A DNA stretch of 64,000 nucleotides from Macrostomum hystrix (Eukaryota > Animalia > Platyhelminthes), in NCBI GenBank assembly GCA_950097015.1, contig CATNEN010000001.1:10168001-10232000 (forward strand), given 5' to 3'. The notes below the pieces were generated by a model. The model saw only the letters and a list, made by a program, of their open reading frames with translations, was not told the origin of the DNA and did no database searches. The position numbers were made by a program, and so were the translations under genes. Numbering within the stretch: position 1 is the first letter of the stretch; every line of letters begins with the position of its first letter. This document shows, piece after piece, positions 35,926 to 46,343 of the stretch.

Positions 35926-37070
35926 CTAAAAGTAAACAGTAAACTATTGTTCTGCGTAAAAGAGCGCTTCTAAACTTAAAAATCGTATTTTACGCAGGCG
36001 AGGCGCTGTATGCCAAATTCAAACGAGAGAATCCTGAAGTGAAGATCAGTCGGGCGACATTCTTTCGCTTGAGGCCCTGGCATGTTGTTCAGCCTCGCCT
36101 GTGTGATTATAGCGCTCCGATGTTGTAGGCATGGCCGGGCCAGGTCGCGTCAGGCCGTGCCAGGTCGGGTGAGTCCGGTCGGGTCCATGTCACGTTGGAC
36201 CTACGTCGGGCAGGATCGGGTCAGATTAGGCCGGGCCGTGTCGTATCGGACCATACCAGGTTGAGTTGGACCGGGCCGTGTTGCGCTGAAATGAAAGTGA
36301 AAACTCGGGGCGAGTATTTATCTAATCTATCTATTCTTAGTTGCTTGACCTCTAGGCGAAAGTTGCTTGACCTCTAGGCGAAAGTTGCTTGACCTCTAGG
36401 CGAAAGTTTTCTCTCGAGTTCTTTTCAGATTTCTAAGTCTTATATCATCCCCCTTTTAAAGAAATCCTTGACTAGTCAAGGGAGATGCAGCCTATTTTCT
36501 TACTCCAGTTGCTAATCTGTCTACTGCTAGTAGGTTTGAAAACATATAAGACGGTGAAATCTGAAATTATTAGATTAAGAGGCTAAATGGGAAGTGTGTA
36601 ATTCATTTGTTTAATAGTGGATAATATGTGGTGAGTATGTCCGATATTAAATAATGTTGCCGCTTTAAAATTCGCCATCCTCCGGCGGCTTTGGGTATCC
36701 CTCCCGATAGATCCGCCGGATAGTTTGGATAGTTGGCCACGGCGGGTATCGTGGTGTCGGCTCGGGCTGGTAGTCGCCCGCCGCTTCCCACGAGCCCTTT
36801 ATCTCTAAGGTGGGATACATGTCCTCCAGGTACAGTTCCTGGATGTCGGATGTCGAGGTGGCAGTCGTCAAACCGCCATCTATCTCCTCCCCGGTCACTT
36901 GTGTGGCCGCGTCAGCCTTTACAACTGGCCGCCCCCGGATGTCGACATCCACAAATCTTTGTCCTGGGCGGCGGTCGTAATCGTTGTAGGCCATTGTGCT
37001 GGAAGGGTGTCCAAGACATGTTACTTTCCTGCACTTTTACTGCATTCCTCAGCTTATTGTCCTTAATATC

Positions 37071-38016
37071 TGACGTGCCGTGAGCGAGCCCAGAGCCCCA
37101 ACCCCCGTTTACATGTATGTCTATGGCACAGACCCCAGCCCCCTCCCTCCCATCTTGTCAAGCCCTCGCGGGCGGACTTTGTTAAGTGCATACTTTGTTC
37201 ATATGATGAAATAAAAAGTTCTTGCATCTCATATGCAGCTCTAAAGCAGGACTTGTCTGCAACTTGTCAATGGCGTCGCAAGCAGGATCCGAACCTGCGC
37301 GGGGAAACCCCATTGGATTGGATCCCCAGAGGATCCTGTACCAACCAACGTCAGCAACGGCAACCTCCACTGTCGAGTTCCTGATGAACAAGGGCAACAA
37401 CACCTCCTGGGTCCTCGATGGAAATGAGCTGAGGCTGGCTAGCAACAACCAGCTCGCCCCTCTGCCTGCTGCTGACGACGAAGAAGACGAGGTTGTAGAG
37501 GTCGCAGCCAACGGCCAACCTGACCTCCCTACAACCCAACCTGCCAACCCGGTCGCAGAGGTGCCCAACGCTGGTTGCCGCAGAAGCAGCCGTGCGCGAC
37601 GGCCCCCTCAACGCTACACCCCATGACCAAGAGCTGCAGCAGTAATACTGAGTGGAAACTGTTAACATGAATTAACTCTAAAAACGACGGACTAAAGTTT
37701 ACGACCTAAAGGTTTTGAGGACTGATTTCAACTACTATGCTCCCCAATAATTCAGTCTTGTTCAATGTTCTTCTTGTTGGAATACGGCTAAATGTCAACT
37801 CTTTGACGGAGGGGACATGACGTGCCGTGAGCGAGCCCAGAGCCCCAACCCCCGTTTACATGTATGTCTATGGCACAGACCCCAGCCCCCTCCCTCCCAT
37901 CTTGTCAAGCCCTCGCGGGCGGACTTTGTTAAGTGCATACTTTGTTCATATGATGAAATAAAAAGTTCTTGCATCTCATATGCAGCTCTAAAGCAGGACT
38001 TGTCTGCAACTTGTCA
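37071..38016 (+). mobile_element. TRIM / internally deleted Gypsy (946 bp)
   Basis: Apparently identical 199-bp LTRs 37071-37269 and 37818-38016 (TG...CA). TSD ATATC, PPT GGAGGGGACA, and an integrase C-terminal tail (RRSSRARRPPQRY). Confidence 0.95.
37271..37319 (-). other. Extended PBS: cDNA copy of the 3' 49 nt of mature tRNA-Ser (CCA to A37)
   Basis: The minus strand reads AATCCAAT GGGG-TTT-CCCC GC GCAGG-TTCGGAT-CCTGC TTGCGAC G CCA. This gives a variable arm, a T-arm, the G73 discriminator and CCA. Confidence 0.88.
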
Positions 38017-38658
38017 ATATCTTCCAATTTTCTTCTGACATGCTTATTGCTACTGTTTTATCTATTATTGTTGACGTCTAAGATTTAATTGAAATTTAGT
38101 TTGACAGACAATGAACCTGTGGGGCTTCCAAAGAAGTCTACATAATATTTATTGTTAATCACGTTGGAGAGAATATATATTCTTTGAGAGCCCAATTAAT
38201 TAATAACATTTCTGGGCCTCGCAGGCTAAGAACATTGCTTGAATTATAAAATCGCATTGGTTATAGTAATATGGCATGTGGTTATAATGTGTTCTGATAT
38301 GGCTGTGTCTCACTTACTCGTAGCAAGCTGGATTCTTGATTATGGTGTGTTTGTTGCCTGTGTCCTATTTTTGTTTACTGAGGCCATGGTTGGTCTAATC
38401 CACTCGGGCATGTGATCTGTGTGGAATTGTACTATAGGTCTCGAATATGGCCCGGGGCACTGATGACTCTACTTTCCATCTCTCGTAATGTACTCTGTGG
38501 CCCCTTTCCCCGCGGCGGAGGGGTGGCTGTAAATTTCACCCTCAAGTCCCCGTGCCCCTTGAGGCTTGGCTATATCACTGCCTTCCCCTGAGTTTCCTGT
38601 GCGCTCTAAGGTGGCTACTTTCATCCGATTTGTGTCTGCATTAGCCACCCGCACCGCT

Positions 38659-38913
38659 ATGTCTAAATTCGAAATCGTACAGCTCATGGAGCTCGTGGCC
38701 GCTTTGGACGCTAGGGTTCGACTACTTGAAGACCGCCTAGCCCAAGAAGTAGCGCGCACCACGTCCCTGGAGGGGACGCTGTCTGCTTTTCGTGGTTTAT
38801 CTGGCGGGCTGGGGGCCGGAGGATTATTGATCATCATCCTCTGTGTCGTCGTACTCTGGGTGTGCTGCGGGCGCCGTCGGGGCCCTTTGGCTGAGCCTGC
38901 TGCCCTTGCTTAA
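38659..38913 (+). CDS. Small coiled-coil plus single-TM protein (84 aa), putative
   Basis: Heptad-like LVAALDARVRLLEDRL, Gly-rich linker, TM LLIIILCVVVLWV, then CC and RRR. GC-rich island in AT-richer flanks. Confidence 0.5.
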   Translation: MSKFEIVQLMELVAALDARVRLLEDRLAQEVARTTSLEGTLSAFRGLSGGLGAGGLLIIILCVVVLWVCCGRRRGPLAEPAALA

Positions 38914-39481
38914 GCATTCGCCATCTGCCTCCGTCTGTTTTTTTGTTTTGACTCTTTTGTTTACTAATTTCGTGTTGCGTTCTGTACGTGTTTAATGAAT
39001 TTTTTCGTTTGTTATTGATGCTAAGCTGGTATGTAACCGTGTCGGAGTGTATATATGGTGTCGGAATTAAAAGTGGTTTTTCCTTTGATAAATAGAGTGT
39101 GCCTTATCATGGAATTCGGTGAAGCCTTGTCTTTGTATTTCTTCGTTATTCTAAGCTTAAATTCAATTTGAGTGACGGGCCTGGCTTCCCCTAGTTCACT
39201 GGTCCGATTATTCGAGATGTGAATCACCTCCCGAATTTCTTTTAGTGAACTGGGTTCTGCTTTAAGGATTGCACATTGAGTGAGAGTGCCACGAGGATAG
39301 GACGTCCAATCGAATCGTCTTTTCTGTCCTATCGTTGCGTCAGTGTCTCAGCTCTCGTGTCTCCTTATGCCCCTAACACTTCCGATCCCTAAGCTCTTAC
39401 TGAGAAGCGGTGGCTTGCATGAGAGGATGAGCATGAGAGGATTGTACTTGCTTTAATGCACGCATATGGAGCCCTTGGAAG

Positions 39482-39826
39482 TTGTCTAGTCGGAGGGCCA
39501 CTGCCAGTGACTTAACTGTTGCAGGCGTCACCACTAACGCTGATGCTGGCTCCAACGATGATCACAGTCGAGGTCGTGGACGAGGTCGTAGCCGAGGGCG
39601 CGGACGAGGACGCGGACAAGGGCGCAGAGGACAAGGGCGTAGATATCATGAAGTAGTGCACACGTTTTGTGCTGCTGATCAGTGCCCTCTGCCAAGTGCA
39701 GCAAACGTGCAGGGAGTGCAATGCGAAGGCTGCCCTCGATGGTTCCACCATGATTGTGTGGATCTGCCTCCCAGCACCGACTTCGCTACATTCCACTTCT
39801 TTTGCACTATTTCATGCATAGCATAA
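39482..39826 (+). CDS. RG-rich plus PHD-finger terminal exon (probably transposon-derived)
   Basis: C-x4-C...VQCEGCPRWFHHDCV...FFC-x3-C is a C4HC3 PHD pattern, preceded by RGRGRG. Confidence 0.65.
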   Translation: MSSRRATASDLTVAGVTTNADAGSNDDHSRGRGRGRSRGRGRGRGQGRRGQGRRYHEVVHTFCAADQCPLPSAANVQGVQCEGCPRWFHHDCVDLPPSTDFATFHFFCTISCIA

Positions 39827-40823
39827 ATGACGAAAACAACAACTGCGCTTGCTGATCTAGGTAGCTGTAAAAGATAACGACTTCACTTTGTCATATTCTT
39901 AAACTAGACTCACGAACTTAAACATGCCATCATGCATGTAGATTCCAAGGCCCTTAACATAGAGTTTAAATTAGAGATGCATTATAGATAAAAATAAAAT
40001 AATAACTAAAAGCTATGATAAATGCAAAAAGTTTAAAATGTAGACACTTTTAGAGTGGCAGATATGGTTTGAAGCTTATTATTTGAAAAAAATAAGCACA
40101 TCTAGAAAGTTATTATGTTATTAATAGCAATTAAAAATTGCAAAAATGTATTAAATCTCCTGTTTTCTTATATTAAAACAAAAATGTTTTAGGATCACAT
40201 TTTATATGGGTTGCTTGCCCTTTGTTAATCAGATTGTTCAGATCTTTACAGTACAACTGTTTGTAAAAAAAGCTATTTAGAAGTTTATTCAGTTTCTTCT
40301 GTTGTTATTGCCATTTTTAATGGCATCAGTTCAGCTGAAAGTAGCTCTTGTTTAGTTGTTATATTTACTTTATTTCTGTTGCTGTCTACAATGAAAATAC
40401 TTTTTGAGCTTTATCTGCAACTCAGTACAGTTAGCAAAAAATCTTTAGCTTCTCTATCCTTCTGTTTTTTTTCAACAATATATTACCTTACATTTGCTAA
40501 AAATTAGGTATAAAGATAAGGCCTTATTATAATTGTTTTGTTTGGTTTTTTCTTTTTTCAAAGCTGCATTTATTTTTGCCAAGTGTACAATTTTACTGCG
40601 AATTTTGTGACCCGTATTCTAGAGAGTTTCGTGTTATATATATATATATTTAGCTGGTGTTACACTTTATTTTTTTTTAAAGCTAGTTTGAACTTTTTTA
40701 AACATTCGCATCAAAACTACATCTAGTCTACATCTACTTAAAATGTTACCTAATAATGGCTCTGAATGTAGTATCTTATGTCATCGTGATATACACAAAA
40801 TTGCATTAAATACCAAAACATAT

Positions 40824-41497
40824 TGATGTGCTGTAGACTGCTGAGCAGCCTCCAGGCAATCTGTCAGTCAGGCTGTTCTAGGTCTGTGGGAGGGCTAGGG
40901 TTGGTAGTTAGTGTTTCCCGTGCACTGTCACTTCCGCTCGCCACCCCCCTCCGCTCTCTCTCTCTCTTTCCAGCTCTGTCTGCGCACTGAGTCACATTGC
41001 ACACCGTGGTGCAATCGCTTAAGTTCGGAAGAAGACTGGCAGAACAACGCTCAAATGCTCCTACTATAAGTAGAGCACAGTCCGACGAATCCTTGAGATG
41101 GTGTTGTTATCATGGTAGCACTATTTCTTTATATTGAGAGCACGATTCTGTCTTCTTTTCTTCATGCGTTTTGTGTTCACTCACATTTGCCTCTTATTGC
41201 AAACGGAGTAAGAATCCAAACTTGTAACTTCTGCAAATTATTGAGAGCTTGGCCGTATATCGCATTTAGAAGCAAGGTATACCGCCAGACTCAGGGCAGA
41301 GTTCCAAGACGAGGAAGTCTTAGAGTGATACGAAAGATCCCGAGGAAACTTAGCTATTGAAGCCTGACTACCGGATTGTTCCTCTGCTAGGAAGCATCTG
41401 CGTGTGAGGCCGGTAAAATCTCCTCTCGGAATCCAGTGTCCTGTCTTGGTTATTTGCCAATTGTGTGTGCCACGCTACCACAGGTACAACAATATCA
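40824..41497. mobile_element. Possible solo LTR
   Basis: GC-richer block bounded by TGAT...ATCA in AT-rich DNA. TATA-like at ~41065. The TSD is only 3/4 (ATAT/ATGT). Confidence 0.35.
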
Positions 41498-44390
41498 ATG
41501 TTATAAAACGAGTTTATACATTTCAATAAACTAACTTTAACATAAAATAATTAAAATATAAATTTCGGAATTCTATTTGAGTTTTTCAAACAGTATTAAC
41601 GTACCCACACGAAACACAACGGTGCGTGTTATCTTCACCGATAAAAAATGTACAGCATTTTCACGAGTTAAATTATTGTTTCAGTCATTTTTATTAAAAA
41701 AATAACAAAAAAACGTACAAACTTTTTTTAACCGAAAGCTTAATTCTAGCTCTAAATTTCATTTTCCTTTATTTTTGTTATAGACATCCTAAACATCTTT
41801 TAAGAACCTAATATCATGTATTTTTGTAATCGTCAGTTAGTCCGGACAAAAAACTAACAAATTCGTATTTAGGACACATATTCGTCGAGGCTGGTGCTTT
41901 AAGTATATTTTTCGAGATACAAGGCCAGTAATAAACAATTTAGGTAAAAAAACTATCGCTTCCTTCACCTATTTTTTATTTCATAAATTGTCGTCTAAGC
42001 TTTGAGACAGGGCCTATTACGTGTTAAATCAAATAAATCAATTAAATCAAATAATTACGCCACGAATTTCAAATCCAGCTTTCCAGCTACCTTATCAGAT
42101 GCCACGAACGTCAAAAATGTCTAATATAATTAAGCAACATGTTGCTGGAAGGCGTTGCAGAACAGTTAAAATTTCGTACGAGCAATCCAGAAAGAGGATT
42201 AGGATTTCGAATGAGTAAGTTGAAAAAAATTATTTTTTAAATGGAAATTTTCCAGACATTAATAATTAATAAAGGTGTTACTTATGAAATACGTACCCCT
42301 GCCTGTATTTTACAGGATTCAGGATGATGACTGGATTGACGTAGATCAAACTGCGCCCACCAGTGCGTCATCCAATAGTTCTGATTTGAATCCCCAATGC
42401 ATGCAAGAGGATCAAAACGCACCACGCAAGTCCCGCTACGCTAAGGCTTCAGAAGAACTTTCAAAAGCGTGGCGAGATAAACGTCGCAATTTGTACAACT
42501 CCTACAGCAAAATGCATCATCGGCGAGGTGTCTGCCAACTGTGCAATGAAATGGAGAGCTCCCTCCGATGCAACATGTGTGGCCTAAGAGAGGTTTGCAC
42601 AAGTTACATGAACTACCAGCACAGGCATAATCCTCTACATGTAGTGGAGCAATGGAATGTAGGTTTATAAGAGTTAAATAACTGTATAGAAAAGCTATTT
42701 ATTTATAGCTTTTTCTATAAAAGAAAATTTATAGAAAAGTATATACGAGCGTACGAGTATAAAATAACTCTATACTCAAACGATGAAATGTTTGATATTA
42801 TTTATACGGAAAATATTTTAAACGTACGCCTGACACTGACGTGTCAGATCGAGTGTTCGTTTGGAGATCAAGAGGAGCACGATGGAACATACTTGATCGA
42901 TGCTGTATTCTTCACTGAAGACGGTAAGATCGAGGTGTAATGTTTTACTAATTTTTTTGCTTTGAAACTTATATTTTTAATTACGACTGTCATGTTTTTT
43001 CTCAAGAGCACTATTTGTGTTTTTAGGCCATTGCATTGACTGTAAAAATTGAACTTGTAAAACCAGTACAGTAATTCTAAATTACATTCCTAAATCTTAA
43101 TTGGGTTAAAGCCTCGACATTAATGTTTTAGGTCGATGCAGAAGGTCGTTGCAAAAAGCTAGCGCGTAAATAAAGAGAAATTTGTGCAGCTTATTTAGAC
43201 AGCCTCCTAAGAATATAATCAAGAAAGAAAAAAGCCACCTTTTCTTCTGCTGTATTAGAGTTTAAATTCACCATTTCATGACTCATTTGCAGCTGAAGAA
43301 TTGAACGTCAAGCTTCGTATGTGCAGATGCACAACCATCTCTCAGGCTATGTTGTACCTCGGCTACTGGCCATTGCAAGCAGTCCCTGAGCGCATCCACG
43401 TGCCTAAGGCTGTTTCGTCTTTTCTTCCTTATGGAGTCGCTAAGACATTGCACTAGCGCGTCTTTGTTCTCAATATGTAAAGCACTCGAGCTACGATAAA
43501 GCACTCACATAAAATTAAGTGAAATTTTGGGCATGTAAGTAAAGTACACTGTAAGTCAAACGTGGCCACTAAAGAGCCACAAAGTGGCCCACTAGTGGCC
43601 GTATGTTAATGTGGCCGAATGGTAGCCAAACTCATTGTGGAAGGAAAACCCTTTTTTCCTTGTCAGTTGGCGAAAAAACTTCCCTAGAACGATTTTTTTG
43701 TAAATAACAGTTTTTACGTACCTGCCTGTGTGGGTTAAAGGTTTAATCATTTTTTTTCACCGGCTCCTACTTGCGCTATTTACAATTAACGACTAATTTA
43801 TTATTTATTTTATAGTAACAGCCTAAAATTATCAATGCAAAATTTAATTATTTTTTTAGTACTATAATGGTAAAAATAATAGGATTAAAATATCAGTGCA
43901 TGAATTGAAAACAGTACTTTTGTTTAAACGTTACCCTATAAAGTGCGCAAGTTAACAGATTGTGCAATATGGCTGCCTCTCAATACCCTCTCTTTTACAT
44001 TCAGATATTCTACATATCCATTGTCCTCTCTCCTTTCACACGTTTGTCGTTGACTTAGCCAAGCGCTCTATAGCTTCCACTGATATAGTTCCGTTTATAA
44101 ATTGAAAATTTCTTGCAATAAGGTTCTTGCAATAAGGTTCTTGCAATAAGTTTCTTGCAATTTCTTGCAACTTTTAAGAAGGCATCCCTCTTGCTATTCC
44201 TACCTACTATATTATTAATACATTTATTGTTTACTTTTTAATAAACATTTTATTTGTTTTTATAAGACTAACTAAAGCCAAGGGCTGAGGCTAGGCTAAT
44301 ACTAATAGGTAATTAATAGGGCAAATTGAAATTAGTAGAAATAATAATATCCCTCCCAGCATAACATCATCAAAATATTCCACATTAATC

Positions 44391-45784
44391 ATGTTGAAGT
44401 TTTCCGTTTTTCAACTATTTGTTCTGTTTATGTATTGCTGCAAATGTAATTATTCAACAAATGAAAGTTCTTCATTTCATTATCACTATAAGTATTTTTG
44501 TGCCAACCAATTCATTCACAATAGACGATTCCATTGCCCTATCAAGGGCTGTATTGTTACCTCTAAGGCAAAAGCTCTAATTTTTCGACATCTAAAAAAT
44601 AGTCATTTTCGTTCTCAACAAACTCTGAATAGAAGAACAATTAATTCAATTCGAAACCCTTTGCCTATCATTAACAGGCCTTCAGCTAATCCAGAGCTTG
44701 ATGAAGCTGAAGCCCAAATTGAATCTACAATAACTAGGCCTATTATAGATAGCAATCCTAATATATTGATTGCTAATACCCCTAATGTCAATGAAGAAGT
44801 TGAAGAGAGACATAAGTCAATTGAACTAGCTAAAGATATAAATAATCCTTTAAAAACCTTGGATTCCAGATGTGGCATCGTAAATTTGAACCAAGCAAGT
44901 GCAAATACTTTAAAAAATGAAATACAAGTTGACTTAGCTCAGAAAATAGTTTTATTTTTTATTAATGATCGTGACAAGTATGGTTTTCCAATAATATAAT
45001 GAGAATTATGTTACTACATTGTGAGCTGCTGTCTTTGCTACTTGCTAATGATTCTATAGGAATAATATATAATGAGGAATCCTTAAAGCTACTTATTTTA
45101 GAACATAATTCACTAGTTTATTCAAAATGTAAACTTCATTACCTTTTACATTATCCAGAACTAATTGTACAATTCAATGGTCTTAAAGTTGCTTGGTCAA
45201 TGCGATATGAATCTGTGCATCAAATTTTTAAGAATATTGCTCGTATTTCACGAAATTTTAAAAATATTTCTTTGACTTGTTCATCACGGTATCAGACTAG
45301 ACTAGCCATAATTCTGCCTTCATTATGTCATTCTTACCAAACTGCATCATCTTTGACAACCCTCCAACTTAAAGTTGCACTTGGAGAAAATATTGTAAGG
45401 CAAATTGCACAATATTTGAATATTCATACTGGTGATATTCCAGATTTTTGTCAGCAAACACAAAGACTGCAAATTAATGGCTTTATATATCATGCCCCAA
45501 CTCTTAAGCAGCGACAAGTAATAGTTGAGGATGTCAGTACAGAAGATCAGACTGAGCCATTGCTAGCACTTATTTGGAAAATAATATTCATTCGTAACAA
45601 ATGGCTTATTATTACACGACCAATGAAGTCTTACTTCATGCCAACATATTTTGCATATTATTGTAAGCCATCAGGAAAAACTCATATCATTCAGCCACCA
45701 TTTCATTTTCCTCATCCACCAGTGAATGTTGCTCTTGTTAATGGAAAAGAATATGTTATATTATCACATTTTATATCCTTGTAG
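44391..45784 (+). pseudogene. EnSpm-type transposase: N-terminal C2H2 zinc finger fused to the C-terminal part, core deleted
   Basis: CPIKGC...HLKNSH, and KLHYLLHYPELI...WSMRYESVHQIFK. Confidence 0.8.
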
Positions 45785-46343
45785 GTAGGTACTAGTGTTA
45801 ATATGCTTATATTTATAATAAGACTCATTAAAAAATCTACTCTTGCTTTTAAAACTGAAATGATTGTAATAAAACCAATATAAATTAACCAAAAATTTAA
45901 GAAACTAAAATTTGCTATCACAAAAATTGAACTGTATCTATAATAGGGACTACATATTTATTGTCTTACTGTATCCCGCAGCTAATGCCAATCTACAAGT
46001 TTAGAACACCGAATGGGGAGCAGCGAGTGTGTTTAAACATTGCTCCTGGAACTGCATTTTCCGACATTCTTTGCTCAGTGCAATCTGCATTGGGTGTTCA
46101 AGGAATTGTGCAGCTATCAACAGAGGATGGCTTTGTCATTGGAGATTGTAGCACTCTCGACGCACTTATGGAGAGCATCTTTGTGGCTGAAGTCAAGCCA
46201 CAGCCTTCTGTTTCTGAGACGCATCTAGCTATTCCGCTCATCTACAGCTTGCCAGAGCTGGCCTCAGACATTGAGGATAGGATCCGTGCTGCCAACACAC
46301 CTGAGAAGGCTGCTGCCTTGAAGTTAGACACATCATTTGTTAG

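Larger units (their letters stand above)
27118..36103 (+). pseudogene. DNA transposase N-terminal part (tentatively Sola2-like), two exons
   Basis: Exon ending at 27814 (AFWCDDENSR...QKRFL) splices in frame to 35998 (GEALYAKFKRENPEVKISRATFFRLRPWHV). The intron holds a Gypsy. The gene is cut at ~36103. Confidence 0.6.
36104..39480 (-). mobile_element. Probable non-autonomous LTR element fragment (3' LTR ~36104-36447); other end uncertain
   Basis: PPT-like AAAAGGGGGA on the minus strand abuts TGATATAAG at 36447. Imperfect terminal inverted ends. The LTR carries a 22-bp triplication (36340-36405) and a degenerate 5-mer array. Confidence 0.5.

Noticed and set aside
37271-37319. Functional tRNA-Ser gene
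   Set aside because: The 5' half is absent, CCA is encoded, and the sequence sits at the PBS position.
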